DNA of 60,075 bases, the filler included, from Sphacelaria rigidula (lineage: Eukaryota): the NCBI GenBank assembly GCA_964200075.2. It is 10 parts of 10 records of this genome, joined end to end, with 100 filler letters (N's around TTAATTAATTAA, not from the genome) between each part and the next. Parts side by side here need not be neighbours in the genome. Positions count along the whole stretch, not along the records: positions 30,092 to 36,008 come from CAXNAA020023503.1; positions 36,109 to 42,025 come from CAXNAA020023504.1; positions 42,126 to 48,042 come from CAXNAA020023505.1; positions 48,143 to 54,059 come from CAXNAA020023506.1; 6 more parts are not named here. One strand, written 5' to 3'. Both the position numbers and the translations under genes were made by a program. Below are positions 34,541 to 48,430 of the stretch, piece after piece. The notes beneath the pieces were generated by a model. That model saw nothing but the letters and a program-made list of their open reading frames with translations. It searched no databases and was not told the origin of the DNA. Positions within the stretch are counted from its first letter, which is position 1. Each line of letters begins with the position of its first letter.

Positions 34541-37500
34541 TTTCTTGCGGGGGCTGTCGCGGCATCAAAGTCGATACGAGACTGAGTCCTATCGGAGGTG
34601 GGTACTCCAGATACTCTGGGGCGCTCAGTAAATTGGGGGAGTCGACACCCCGGGTTCGCTGCAAGTACTCAGTATTTATCGTAGTCGCTCATGCAGCCCC
34701 CCCGATTCGTGGCACTCCGTACCTTAGTACTGGCACGTGGGAGCACTTCTCTATACTGGATACCTTCCGTGGTCTGGAAAAAATCGCATACCTCGCTTTT
34801 TGTAGCTTCAAATACCAGACGCAAAACGCTTGGACCTGTGAACATCTCCCTTCGATAGTCACAGTTAACGAATGGACTGACATTGAGAAGAAGACTTTGC
34901 CAAATAGGCCGGTTTCGTGTGTTTTTGGTGGTTTGCCTCCCTGTTTTCTCAGTTGAATCAATACCCCGTGCCCGCCGAAACATCCCGGCAGTACGTTGGT
35001 AGATCTCAGAGATGCACGCTCAAATGGGGATAGCTTCTCCATCGACACAGGGCACCACCGTTCCTTCATCAACGCTTCAAGGTTCGAGCTTCAGCCACTC
35101 ACTGATTCTCGCTTACCACGCACACAGGTGCCAACATCCCTTGTCAGCGCATTTTCCTGGAAACCTCTCTCCTCTCCACACGCCGTGCTTAATGCCCCGG
35201 GATATTACCCAACGCGCGCGCTTTGCAGAATAACATATATATGTGCGCGAGATATTAAGGCTATTTGATTTTCCTGGCTGCGTATCTGGGGTCCTCGGTG
35301 ATTCTTGAGTCGGTCCCAAACATGTCACGGAAATGCGTCGGGTTCGACATGTGCACGCACCGTGTAAGGAGCAAAGGCACGAAATCGGCCGTTTTTGGCA
35401 ACAGAGTGAAACTTCTTTGGGAAGGGGGAGAAGAACACCCCCACCCCACAAACGGGCCGCTTCTGAGCAAACTTTTCTCGTGATCTACACGCCGACAGCG
35501 AGGCTGCGATAGCCTCTATTGATATATGCCGTACCTCACCTGTCTATCGGGATCACCTGCAGGCAGTAGATGTTCGAAACACTTGTGCGACAGAGCGCCG
35601 AATCGCGTTAATCTAACCCGAGTTATATGATTCGAGGTATACGACAAAAGTGGAAGAGTGGGGAAGAGATGGCTCGAGTCGTTACGGCTAGATGGCAACG
35701 TCCCCACGCTCCCGTTACTGACGAACAAGTTCGAGTCTCACAACTAAGGCCCGGACACATCCGTAGTGTGCAGTGCTGCAACACTAGGCTTCTGCTGTAG
35801 GGCAGCAATCTCGATGTAGCACGCCAAAAATCGCCTCTTCTCCTTGGAAGTGATGAAGGGCGGTTGGGGGCAGCGTGGGTCACGGGGTGCGTCAGTTGTG
35901 CCTTGCTTTCGATTTGAGAGTCATCCTACGATAGGGTGTACTCATGATCATGCATGCCATAGTCGTAAGACCATTGACCTCGCATCCCTACAACGCCGGG
36001 ACGGAGCANNNNNNNNNNNNNNNNNNNNNNNNNNNNNNNNNNNNNNNNNNNNTTAATTAATTAANNNNNNNNNNNNNNNNNNNNNNNNNNNNNNNNNNNN
36101 NNNNNNNNCCCTTCTGGGCAATCAGGCCGAAGAAATCGTGGATTTGGTGATTCGAACCCGTGATGGTTCGTCCTAGCCGTGAACCAGTCACACGACATGA
36201 AATAATGTAGGTATAGCACGCCCTAACAGTCTAGCACAGGACAATCCACGTCGACAAAAACAACTCCTGGTTACGAAATACTCAACGATCTACGAATGCA
36301 TGCCAACTACGAAAATCAACGTTCAGCATGCAGTGTGCTGTCAAACTGAGGAACTTTGGTGCTGGCTATTTTTATGCGTAGTGTGTGGTGTGTATGGTGG
36401 TCACGGCGTTGTATAATATCTATACGAGTGATCGCTTGGTTCTACTAGGTTCATTAAGACTAGACGGGTCGAGAAGTTCCGAGGGAAATCGACCGTTATC
36501 GTATCTGATACATTGCAGTATTACAGAACACAACATATCGTATTATTATTTTTTATTATTTATTATTATTATTTCCGCACATTAGTCCGATCTCGCGTAT
36601 ACTGCGTCCATACACTGCGAAATTTTGACAGCGATCATCGGATACCGCATTCCATCATTTTTTCCCTCGATACCCATCCATCAGTAAGTACTACGTAGGT
36701 TACGTGACGGCACCGCACATTGTCCTTCGTCTGGATGCTTCCAGGCTGGTTTCAATGCTTAACCCGAAAAAATGTCTGCAGAGCAAATAGCACGAACAGT
36801 AGCGAAAACAACGCGGCAAGTAGGTTCCCTGTGATCTGATGGCCAACCTGGAGTGCGTCGCGCGCTCTGGTCGGTCATCCAGGCACTTTCATCATGCCAC
36901 ACTACTCTGGGATACCGCATACGCCCTGGGGATGGTGCCCGTTTGGTGCCTGTTCGGTACAAAAATCAAGATAACCGATTCCTCGCCCAAACGCCCTGAA
37001 CATTTACAGGCATGTAGCGTATATCAAGGCGAGAGAAACGACCCTTGTCTCGTCTCCAAACTCATCGTCGTTTTGGATTTACGGCCAAAACAAATACTGG
37101 GGGAAATATCTGCAAAAACCTTACTTGAATTTTCGACATTTCGTTCGGAATGTACATATTATGAATTGTTCACTCCGGGTTTGAGAGTTAGGACCTGAAC
37201 GCTCGAGAAGAAGGGCGCTTCGAGCATTTGCAGCGCATCACTGGTGATGTCTTCGTTTGCGTGTTTTTTGAGGTGATAAACGCGGATCCCTATTTCGGAA
37301 GGTCCCTTGGGGCAGACCTAACTAAAAAATGGGGGGGGGGTGACAGCAACTCTATTTTTTGTGATGTCCTCGAGGTAGTCGATGCGTTCATTTCCTTGAA
37401 AATATCAGGTCTTGGCTCTCACAGCCCGAGTGAACAATCGTTCGAGACACTGCTTTGTCTCAAGTAGTCTGACGAATGTGTAGGCCATGTCTTAGATCGC

Positions 37501-38758
37501 TTTTCATGGTTACAGAACGTAGTCCCAGAAAATGCTTTCTGGGCCTCACGTTCATGTTTTCTTCAAAATAACACGTTATCAGGGCATCATTCGCAAATGA
37601 CGAGAGGCGGGTACAATCGCGGTAAAAACGCCATCCTAGAAATTGAAATTTGTGTCGCCCATACATTTTGATGGCGTCGCTTAGTATCACAGTCCAATCA
37701 CTGGTACCCCCGTCAACCGAAGAAACGTGGAGGGTACAACACACAACTCTTTGCACCAATAATCATTAACACGCGAGAGCAATCAGAGCCATGGTGAATG
37801 CTGCGCACTCGTGGGTCTTCGGCAACGATCCCCTGGTCTCAAACTGTCGACAGAGCCGTGAGATATCCCCTGGCAATATTTTGATCGCAACGTTAGTTCA
37901 ATGGCAATGCTGCCGCAAAGCACTACAGTGCACTGATTGCAGTACGTTTGAAGCACAACAAGCAGCCTTCGTAACCGGACGTAAGTGGTATGTACCGTCT
38001 GTGGTGATGTCGGCACCGGCGTGGATTGTGGAAGCTCTTGGCGTATCGTATGGGATGGACACGTGAAGAGCTTATTTTCTCTACACACACTTATGGGAGT
38101 TTTTACCCGATATCTCGTGGTATCGTACCATTTACCAGTACCACCTCCCATGGCTTTCCCGCCGAAAATTGCATGCGGGAGAACTGCTCAAGCGCGCCCT
38201 GATTTGATCGCGTTTTATTGTCCGTTTGACCCTCAGACTGCGAGCGTCGCCTCGGAACAGTTCCACCGGCTGACAGTCCAGGGACAGAGGGGGGGGTGGT
38301 TTTTGACGGAGGGATGCCTGTACGCAGAAGAGCCGGAAAGCTGGCGAAGTCAGCTATGTATGCTTGGAAGTTTCCCACGGGGAGTTCTAAGTCAGGAACG
38401 AGACCTACGAGGAGTGGAGTGATCATTCCGACCAATCACAGGTATTAAAATGGCCATCTTATTTTCCTACACGTAGATCACGTTTATGGTAGACCACCTC
38501 GAAACTTAGCGATATTTTACCATGTTGGCCATGACCGTTCACCCATAGGGATAGAGGGTGCTTTTTACCCTGCTCGTACCCGCCTGACCCCTTTTGTGCC
38601 GCCAGTATAGCTTCATACCAACTGTAGTTATGCTGTGAAGCACTAAGGAGAGACATAGGCGGCGTGCAGTAGAGTGTGTTCAGTCGAGAACAATGGGGTG
38701 TTGAGTGTTCCTTACCGTTGTGCTCAGCCACCGATGATGAAAAACATCGCATCATGTA

Positions 38759-39300
38759 CGAGCTGGGCCAGCCTAAAAACGGATTTAAGCTCTAAAAAAA
38801 GTATCTCATCGATACAAACGAGTTAGGCCGTGATCCGCATATCGTATTAATCGTCTCATCGAGGGGAAGGTGCCCATCTGCTCAAAAATCTGGGCCAATA
38901 TCTCACGGTTCGGACAAATCATCGCCGGTTCGAATCACCAAATATACGATTTTCCAGGCCCGATTGCTCACCAAAGAGCAAAAAGTTGACCGCTGGTCCA
39001 AAAGGTCTCCGCGCAATTTTTGCGCCATTCCACGTACGTGCCTGGGCTGCGCGTACCTGGGCTGCAAGCTGAAAACAAAGCCGAAAGATTGATTCGTACC
39101 GTACGAATCAATTATACTAAAACCAAGTAAGTTTCAGACGAATCATTAATTCGTCCGAACCTTGCAATATTTTCTCGTTGATGAAACCCCATGTCTAGTA
39201 ATTCCTACACAGTACGGCGATAGCGTCCACACTTAAAATCTACATGAGACCCCGAACGATACATTCAGCGGATGATGACGATTTTTGGTGTGGACCTTCC
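38759..39300 (-). mobile_element. Tc1/mariner-like element (family of 12742-13565) interrupted by a MITE
   Basis: TA|CGAGCTGGGCCAGCCTAAAAACGGATTT. 38800-38896 and 39177-39297 match the reverse complement of 13320-13540. Confidence 0.7.
38897..39171. mobile_element. MITE with ~23-bp TIRs (relatives at ~36115-36185 and ~49355-49625)
   Basis: AATATCTCACGGTTCGGACAAAT versus the reverse complement of ATTCGTCCGAACCTTGCAATATT; it splits an otherwise contiguous host repeat. Confidence 0.7.
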
Positions 39301-39601
39301 CTGGAGCACGGGGAGACAATAGATACCCTCACCGTCACCCATTTCGTAATCTATCTCCAGGTATATCGCTCATAAGTTGTCATACTTGAATCAATATATC
39401 ACAAGCAGAAGCACTAGATGCCCTAAATCTGGATATTGCGTCTCAGTTCATGAGAGTTCTATGAAATTTCGTATGGAGAACCGCTAGTGCATAATAAAAT
39501 AAAATGAAACAGCTTGTTACATTTTTTTTTCCATGTTTTTCCATGTTTTTTCATGTATTTTCGTGTTTTCAGTGGAGTTTTGATTAGAAATGAACATTGC
39601 A

Positions 39602-41583
39602 CAGGCACTGTAGGTAAGGTAAGTACCCGGTACCGGTATTTGGGACATCCCATACCCTACCGATACCGGTCTAATCGGGTATTTTGATATGCCATGCCTA
39701 CGATACCCAGAATACCACGGTATTTCGAGATTTCAATACCTACCGTACCCGCTCGATCGGGTATTTTCAAAACTCATAGCTACGATACCCACGATACCAC
39801 GGTTTTTCGAGATTTCAATACCTACCGTACCCGCCCAATCGGGTATTTCTAGGTGTCGTACCTACGATACCCACGATACCACGGTTTTTCGAGATTTCAA
39901 TACCTACCGTACCCGCCCAATCGGGTATTTCTAGGTGTCGTACCTACGATACCTACGATACCACTGTATTTCGAGATACCAGCACCTACCGTACCCGCAC
40001 AACCAGATATTTTCAAAACTCATACCTACGATACCGACGATACCACTGTATTTCGAGATTTCAGTACCTACCGTACCCGCTCAATCGGGTATTTTCCAAA
40101 CTCATACCTACGATATCTACGCATACCACGGTATGGGATACCCCGGTAAATACCGAGGGTAACCCCGGTAATACCGGACGCGATGCACTCCCCACGGTGC
40201 AGCAGCTGGTCCCCGCTTACTATGCAACGTCGAGAAGTTGTCAGACCAGGCTCGTCTTGTTGTCACAAGTACAAAATGCCCAGATTCCCTCTGATTTGCG
40301 TGTTTGGATCAAGTTGAATATAGTCATTATTATGTAGTCTGAAGTGCGGTCGAGTTTTTTCTCGATCGGATTGGTCCACCGCATTTCCGTTCTTAGAAGT
40401 CCTCAAATCCGAATGGTGCTTAGTGACGCGCGGAGAAAAACTGCAAAACAAAGAAGCTAAGCTTTTTTCGATCGAAAACATGCGGTCGAGAGGCACGAAG
40501 CGACACTTGACTCCTACCTATCTTCCAGACCACAACGCCAGATAACACCCGTTTTCAGAACCATGCAAACTCCATCCAACTCATTCTAAGCTACCATCCC
40601 AACCCTGCAGCATCGAGTACGAGTTGGGCACAGGGATAGATACGCTGCAGTAATCGGGTATGCTTTGTTTATTATTTGCTTTGTTTATTTTTTGTTGGCG
40701 GAAACTTGCGCATCTTCTTCCCTAGTAGGATCAGCGACGGAACTGCGTGGTATGGCGGGCAACCGAGTTGCGTACACTTTAATGGACAGTACAGGTATTA
40801 CAAAGCTGCACGTTGTTGAAGTCCTTTTCACGTCGCGTTGTGAGCAGAAAGAAGTGATAGTCCTGGGCTGTCTGTCTGCATTGCACGTTGCCGGCTTCTC
40901 TTGAAAATCGTACTGTAGGAAACGCGTACTCACGCACACGAGACACACTGACAGTACAGACTGCCTGTACTCTACACGAATGACCATGTACCGTTTCACG
41001 AATTTCATCGTCTTTTTTCGATCGGAAGCTTGAAAATTCGATTGGACCCAATTCGACAACAAAGTGCGATTTTCGCTCAAATCAATTCCACCGCCACATT
41101 TTTTCCATATATATATATTTTGCCAAGACACGCCCTGAAACGCTTCTCCGCACTGCCGGATGACAGTTTTGAATTCGGTATAGAGGGTAAGGCAGGTACC
41201 CGGTCCTGGTATTGGGAACATCTCATACCTTACCGATACCGACCCAATCGGGTATTCTCAAAACGCATACCTACGATACCGACGATACCACGGTATTTCG
41301 ATATACCAATACTTACCGTACCCGCACAACCAGGGATTTTCAAAGCTCCTACCTACGATACCCACGCATACCACGGTATGGGATACCCCGGTAAATATCG
41401 GGGGTACGCTCGGTACGATACCTTTCCTACGGTTCCTGTGTAACATTGCTCTTAGGCCTTATCTCAATGTTCCAGCCTAATTTGTAGAATTGTGATTTGA
41501 AACCGAGCATGGAGAACAACGAAGGTATGCTCCCGGTAAATACCGGGGGTACGCTCGGTACGGTACCTTACCTACGGTTCCTG
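39602..41583 (+). mobile_element. hAT-like non-autonomous element cluster with ~79-bp internal tandem repeats
   Basis: Left TIR CAGGCACTGTAGGTAAGGTA and right TIR TACCTTACCTACGGTTCCTG. About 5-6 units of CCTACGATACCCACGATACCACGG...TACCGTACCCGC..AATCGGGTATT at 39690-40130, and a second short copy at 41180-41438. Confidence 0.7.
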
Positions 41584-41674
41584 TGTAACATTGCTCTTAG
41601 GCCTTATCTCAATGTTTTGGCCCAATTTGTAGAATTGTGATTTGAAACTGAGCATGGAGAACGACGAAGGTGTG
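41387..41674. repeat. ~144-bp tandem duplication spanning a TE end and its flank
   Basis: CCCGGTAAATA...CCTACGGTTCCTGTGTAACATTGCTCTTAGGCC...GAGCATGGAGAAC.ACGAAGGT occurs twice. Confidence 0.85.
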
Positions 41675-42635
41675 CCGAAAAAATAAAAATGGGCCTCATT
41701 TTTTTTGGAGAGTTAAGACGTTCTTGTGAAAAAAAAGTATTTGCCATACTAGAACGCCCTAAACCAGTGGAAAGAAAATCTGACCCACTAAGTTTTGTTA
41801 ATTACGCCCTAACAAAATTTCAATACACAATAACCAAACGATGGTCGGTGAGTGGCCTGCGAAATACTGTTCCGAATTTCTACCGACCCGGTTTTTGAAA
41901 GGCGAATGCACCGGCCAAATTTACAGAAGCACCAGATATTTTTATTTCGTGACTCAACCCTTAGACCGCGAGGTTAGTCTTTCTGGATCATGCATACCTT
42001 TTTTCACTTGAAATTGATGCCGATTNNNNNNNNNNNNNNNNNNNNNNNNNNNNNNNNNNNNNNNNNNNNTTAATTAATTAANNNNNNNNNNNNNNNNNNN
42101 NNNNNNNNNNNNNNNNNNNNNNNNNTTTTCACACTATAAGAAAAAAAAAAAAAAAAAAGAGAGGGGGGGGGGGGGGGGGAAGAGATACAAGAACCACAGA
42201 CATTCTCGTCGTACCGTCTGTATGTGTTCGACCTATTATTCATGATGTAATATGTAGAATGAGAGTGGGTCGAGCCTGGATAGAATTCACCTCCGTACGT
42301 CGCGGGGAGGCGCGGTCAACATCACCGTTGTTGGTACGTCTCAGGCGGAGAACCTTTCCAGTTTTAGACGCGTCCATGATAGCTGTTGGTATCCCGTGAG
42401 CTCATGTCTACACGGCACGCTTTCACTTCTGTGCCGCTTTTGTGGGGGATTGACCTACCTCACGAGACGGAACAATTTCCCCCTCACGAGACAAGAAAAC
42501 GCCTGTCTACAAAAATTCTGTAACCGCCACTGCGGCCAAACTGTTGACCCCTCGTGCGAAATCGCAGTCGTGGCGTGGGCCCAGAACCACGATACACATG
42601 CTGAAGCCGCACCCCCCCCCGGGTCGATTTGCAAC

Positions 42636-43130
42636 ATGAGGAAGTCGACGAATAGAGTGAGACTGCTGCCCAGGTTTTGGTGTATACACTGTGAAAGAGA
42701 CTTCCGGTGTCGAAGGGACTGGGATATCCACATCAAAGGCACCGGCCGCAACACTCTATGCCGGTCGAGACACAGGGCTGGGGGCTCCGGCTCGTCGTTA
42801 CAGACGCCGGAAACAAGTGACCGACACTCTTCCCCCCGAGTATCCTCCACGGGACAAGGCCAGTACACGGGGGGGGAACACGGTGAAGTCAAACGCAGCT
42901 CAGACGGCTTCGCGGAATGCGACAATAGTGGTGTGGGTGTAAACAATTCGGTGGTACCTGCGTCCACAAGCACACATGATATGGGAGAACAACGCGACGG
43001 CACCGCCACGCGCGTACGCGGGGGGGGCAATATATCGCGGGCGGACTACGCCTCGGAGAACACCAGCGACGGCGACACGTCGCAGTCGCAAGATTTCTTG
43101 GCTAACCGCACCCCCCAGCCGTTTTCGAAG
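42636..43130 (+). CDS. Putative first exon with a C2H2/C2HC-like zinc finger followed by a low-complexity region
   Basis: MRKSTNRVRLLPRFWCIHCERDFRCRRDWDIHIKGTGRNTLC (F-x-C-x2-C-x3-F-x8-H); possible donor AAG|GTGACG after 43130. Confidence 0.45.
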
Positions 43131-45643
43131 GTGACGATATATGAACGCCGACCGTTGAACAGTCTACGGGGTACGATATTTTGAAAATCCACCGCGTTTA
43201 TTTACAGGCAGTGTTGCGTGCCGCCTGCTAACCCACTTCCGCAGCCGATGTGCTCTCTAGACTTCCGGCAATGAACGATTCACGCACCATATCAACACTT
43301 ATCTGCTCACAGCTACTGTATTGCAGTTGTCGGATATGGCTGTTTCAGTGTCTGATGGTCTCTTCGAATTACAGATGTTGACATATGCAAGGCTATATTG
43401 TCACAATTGTCCTCTACGATCGGAAGAATTTTTGAATTTTCGAATTAAAAAATCGCTCATGCCACCTTGTGCTGTACACCCGAACGGCTATATGGAGTGT
43501 TCCGACAGCGACAGAGCAGCCCCACGGTCATCGTAATGTAGCACGGGCGATACCGTCGGTGGCGGCAGCTAAGCGGCCACGGGTCTTGTGGTGGGCTGTG
43601 TAGGTACGCGGCGTGATTTCAAACGCATATATGTTTTAACCACGTTCTTTCGATCGCTCACAGTGATGAGAAAATCAAGACATCAGTGCTTTTTCTCGTA
43701 AGTTCCACCTGTTATTAGAGGTGTCTCAAACTCGATTGTTTCCCAAGGAAGGGCGGGTGAAAAAAATATCCCTGGGCTCACACTACCCCCCTTCCCCCCG
43801 GCAGCTCCTGATTCGATTTTTTTTTTTCTCAAACGAGACAATACACTACCCCCCCCCCCGCGATACCCTAAGTCGCCTTTTTTTTCCCTCAAACGAGACA
43901 ACTGTTTATCGGCCTTTGGGGCGTCAGTTGTTCAGCAAGACGTTGTCGAAACAATGCGCACGAGCCGTGCGTGGTTCGTTCGTGTGTTCCATGAATAAAC
44001 TTGGATGGTGTGCAGTGGTTTGAGCAATGTTGAGTGTTGTTTTCGATTAGTTTATCGATAAAAGTTCTGGGATGATTCAAGATGATTCAAGCAAGCAAGT
44101 AAAAATGATTACCCCAAATAAATAACGCAGATCCTCCGGCCACACTCCCTCAGCCACACTAGTGCGGCCGTTGCAGTGGTTGCTGCGGTCACAGACGGGT
44201 GAAGGGTTTGTGGTTCGTCGCAACTGCCCCCCTCCCCCTCCTCGATATTTTGCCCCAACTAATTAGTCTCGCCGCGTTCTTGCGAAAAATCCTTGGTTCT
44301 CCTTGTTCTGGTGTTAGAGTGCCGAACTCTAGTCATCTGACTCACTTGGGTTTGCCAGGATTCATGATCAGGTTGCATCAAGCAATGGATTAAGCTGTTT
44401 ATGTTCGCTTACACAGCGTACTTCAAGCCCAACACTAAACCAAGACTCGCCGAGACCGCGACTGTTTTATTTTTTGCTTATTGTGCTTGGGTGTGCTCTG
44501 CAAGTGACGTGACTCTTCTCCCCCGTCCAAGCTACTCTGAAACCAAGTAACTTGTGGTTGAGCTTGGTTGCATTGAGTATATAGGATTTAGTATATAACC
44601 GGAACCTGCCCGCCCGGACACGGTCCCAACAGTGCTACCCCCCCCCCCCCTCAATCGGCCCCAAATGGAAAAAGGGAGTGTGGGTCCAGGGATATTTCTT
44701 TCACCCGCCCTTGCGTCTCCCGGTATCCTGGTTTGTTTTGTTTTATTCATCAAGTGAAAGTGATGGCAATTCGCCGGATGACGGGACCCTCTTGACCGCC
44801 AGATCAGGCCCTATTATGATTCGCGATTATATTTTTCACTTGAAAGAGCAGCAAACAACTCCGCGCCAGCGAATAAACCAGGATACCGGGAGCCGAGTCT
44901 GAGATGCCTCTATTAATTGCCACTTAATATAAGCCGATTTTTGTTCTTTCAAAAATGTGATAACACAAAAGAGTCAAGGGTACTGTCGTGGGTTGTGTAG
45001 GCACGCGGTGTGATTTGAGAGCATATATTCCGGAATCACGTTTCATTCTTGGCGTATCATAAGAACGCAGCATGTTATGATACTGAGTTTTGTTCAACGT
45101 CAAAATTACGTCTAACAAGTATTTTCAAGAAATTATTTTTTATTCCCTTACACACGCTGCGGGGTCATACGAATCGCATTTGCTCGAGTGTCCGGCGCCA
45201 CATACTGAAAAAAAAAGGAAACCCAGCACACGAGTTCGGCGCTACACGGACGACACGGCCGCCTGTGCACGACAAGCTCGATTAATAGTAAGTGTATCCC
45301 CAATTTTGTTATCTGTCCACGCGAATTTTGTGGGATATTAATCTGCAATAGGTTGTTTGACGCCGATGGGGCCCGTGACATTTCGCTTGCTCTACACCCA
45401 TTCCACAGGCAATGACACCGCCATGTGATTTTTTCAAAAAAGCCAACGTTTGCGCCCTACAACCGCCAGTCGATACATCGCGCGCCGATACATTGATTGC
45501 ATAAAAATGCACGCATTCATAACATGAGACAGCACCATAATTCTACGGTGTTATAAATAGAGTGCGGCACTCCGTGGTTGAAGAACACACGGTGATCGAA
45601 GCTGGATCCGCTGCGCTATATTTATGTGTGTAATATGACGCAG

Positions 45644-47816
45644 CGCCTTGACCGCAGTTCTCGCGAGGCGAGATGTGCGGCTCCTACTTCGTCGGAGGCA
45701 CCGCCCCCTATACTCTTCCGCCGCGATTCGAGGGTCAACTCAGGATCCGAAGACGCCGCTCCTTCGTCTGGAGCTTCTTCTCCAGGCCCCGCTGCGAAGG
45801 TCCAAGGTGTCAGTGGAAATCTGTTCGGGGCCGACTACGAGCTGTCCCCAACGATCTGCGGCGGGCAGCCCGGGCACGGTTCGGCGCCCCAGATGCAGCT
45901 GTCGGGCAGGCGTCCGACAAAGAAGATGAAGGGTTTGGGAGACCTTTCTGTTTCATCGACTTCCTTAAAATCTCATGTTTCATGTCTCCTCGCAAATGTA
46001 GGCCGTCAGTACGGCCTGTCGACCAGCGATGTGCTGGCCGTGACCGCGGACACGATTTCACTTCTTCTGGAAATCATGGCAGAGGGCGCGGGAGCGGAAT
46101 GTGATTCGCAGGTATGTGCAATCGTATGAAGATAACGGTGATATGCACGCACGACGAATAATTCGCGAAATTGTTCTAGGCGTTGATTTTTGTGACTTCG
46201 TGGTTGTGTACGATGGTATGCTTTTATTTTGAACTGGTGAAGGAGCGCTTCTTTGGTACGTGCATCCCTCATTTTGTGTAGTGTTCCGTGTATTCTTCAT
46301 GAACATACCCGGCGACCGTAGATGGATTTGTCCTACCAGCCCTGACACTCCACCCCGTTTTGCGCGTGTTGCGTGTCTCCGATTGCAAGCAGAGGTCAAA
46401 GTCAACGTCGCCGGTGACGATCGATATGATGGAACGCGGAAGTGTCCACCGGGCGATGCACAAATATGAGGTTGGAGTATCGCAGAGGATGCTCTGCGTT
46501 CTCGCGTACGCTATGACCGGCGAGCACGCACAGACAACGTACAATGTCCGAGGATGCGGGAAGACGGCGTCCAGTAGGACGAACAATGTGTTCGTGTCGG
46601 CCGCGGCCAACTACCTTTTTTACGGGCACCAATCAACGAAGAAAGAGGACAGTGAGTAGCCACATTCTTTTAAATACTCAACATATGAGATGTTTGATAT
46701 AAATATTGAGAAAAGAAAATCAGCATCATGTCTCACCTCGCTGGCGTGGATCAATATATATATTTGTAACTTGTTCGCCCTCCCGACATCGTAATTGCAC
46801 CCGTCTTCACTCCAGAGCAAATCGTTCACGGCATGACCAGCGTGAAATCGACCCTCCTTAACCAAGTCCGCAGCTGGTGTAAAGTTGCCGTCGAGCGCGT
46901 CATTCGTGCGGCGGAAGATGGAACAGGCAAGACGTTCGCGGCCTTCCACGAGGACATTCGCTGCTTCCTCGACCTAAAAGCCGACGCGGATGTGAACGCC
47001 AGCGTGATGGAGGTGGGTGTATCGAGATATGTAGTATTTGCACGTTGCAGCACGGAATGGCCCCCCGGCTACCGTTGTTTCGTGTGTGGTGCGGTCCGAT
47101 TTTTTATCCGCGGAAGAGATACAAAACCTGTTTTTGCGCAAGCCATTGGTGAATTCCGCTGCGAAAATGGCGTGGATATATTTCCCCTGAAAACATGATG
47201 GAGACACCTGCATATGCTCAACTTGTGTGCGTCTTAGATACTGGTCAAAATCTCCGAGGAAATCCTGTCCACGTGGGTTGCGGGACATCGGTGCTGGTCG
47301 GATGGCGCGTACTCCAAGGCGGGCCTCGACAATATCGCCGGCGAAGGATTCGCGACAAAGTTTGCGGAGAAGGTGACTTCAATGCATCTTTGGATTGATG
47401 GATTGATTGATGGGGCGCTTTCGATCTACCTTATCTTGACCTCGGGTTACGATAACACTGGGCTTGAATGTGTCGATCGCAAGGTATGATGACCGATTGG
47501 GACTGCAGCCGTAATGTTGACGGTGCCTATACTTCGCCCCCGTTTTGGTAATCGCTGCACGACCCCGTTGGCGTCATGCTGGTGCTGATCAAATACTTCA
47601 AAAGGTTACACGCCCAATGGCGCTCATGAGCTTGGAGCAAGCACGGTTGTTCGAGAGGCCGGGTGCTGGCAAGACCGCTAGGGAGGTTTTGCAGCAGTGC
47701 ATTGCCGATTGGCACGAGGCCCTCAGGTGCAGCAGCAGGAGGATCAAGGCGGAAGAGTGGACGTTCCTCCCCTCCCATGCCGAAGTCAAAGGGAAAAAAA
47801 GAGACTGGGACGAGAG
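45644..47816 (+). CDS. Multi-exon gene of unknown function (exons 45644-46111, 46393-46651, 46816-47012, 47238-47372; tentative ~47560-47816)
   Basis: Four consecutive GT-AG exons with compatible phases (0, 1, 0) give a stop-free frame of ~350 aa. The last segment ends AG|GTAAGC but has no clean acceptor. Confidence 0.6.
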
Positions 47817-48142
47817 GTAAGCTAGACGTGCAGATATTGCCGCCCTTCCCTAACCGGCCGCGATATTGCTGACTGTTGTTTGACGCAGCGTAGTATGCGA
47901 TGTAGCCTACAATGTGAGGCTACTTTTGTATTTTTCGTGGCGGGCTGTTTACATATATGCAGAGTGATGCTACGGTAGGGGTACAGAAATAATTTCTGAG
48001 TTTAAAATTGTTAGGAGCCCTTTATCTCATCCAAAACAGACCNNNNNNNNNNNNNNNNNNNNNNNNNNNNNNNNNNNNNNNNNNNNTTAATTAATTAANN
48101 NNNNNNNNNNNNNNNNNNNNNNNNNNNNNNNNNNNNNNNNNN

Positions 48143-48430
48143 GTGCAAGCCAGGTCCGGCGAAAACCCGGCGTGCTCCGGCCCGGCTTTGCAGGGATGCG
48201 AGGTCAATGGTCCTATGACTATGGCAGGCATGATCATGGGTACATCCCCCCCTCCCCGCAACATGGTGATTGATTGTGCATTGACCCTATGGGGTTGGCA
48301 TCGGATGGCAATGACGCTGTAAGACACGCTACTCGCTGCGTAAGTTAAGCAACCAGGTTACCATTTTATTCGCACGCTTGCGTTCTTTTTGTTGCCGTAC
48401 CCATGATGACGTCATGACGTGATGGTCATC
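48143..48430 (+). repeat. Dispersed repeat family (also 52712-52800, 53610-53800 and reverse at 35935-36008)
   Basis: Shared core AACCCGGCGTGCTCCG.CCCGGCTTTG.AGGGA. Confidence 0.75.
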
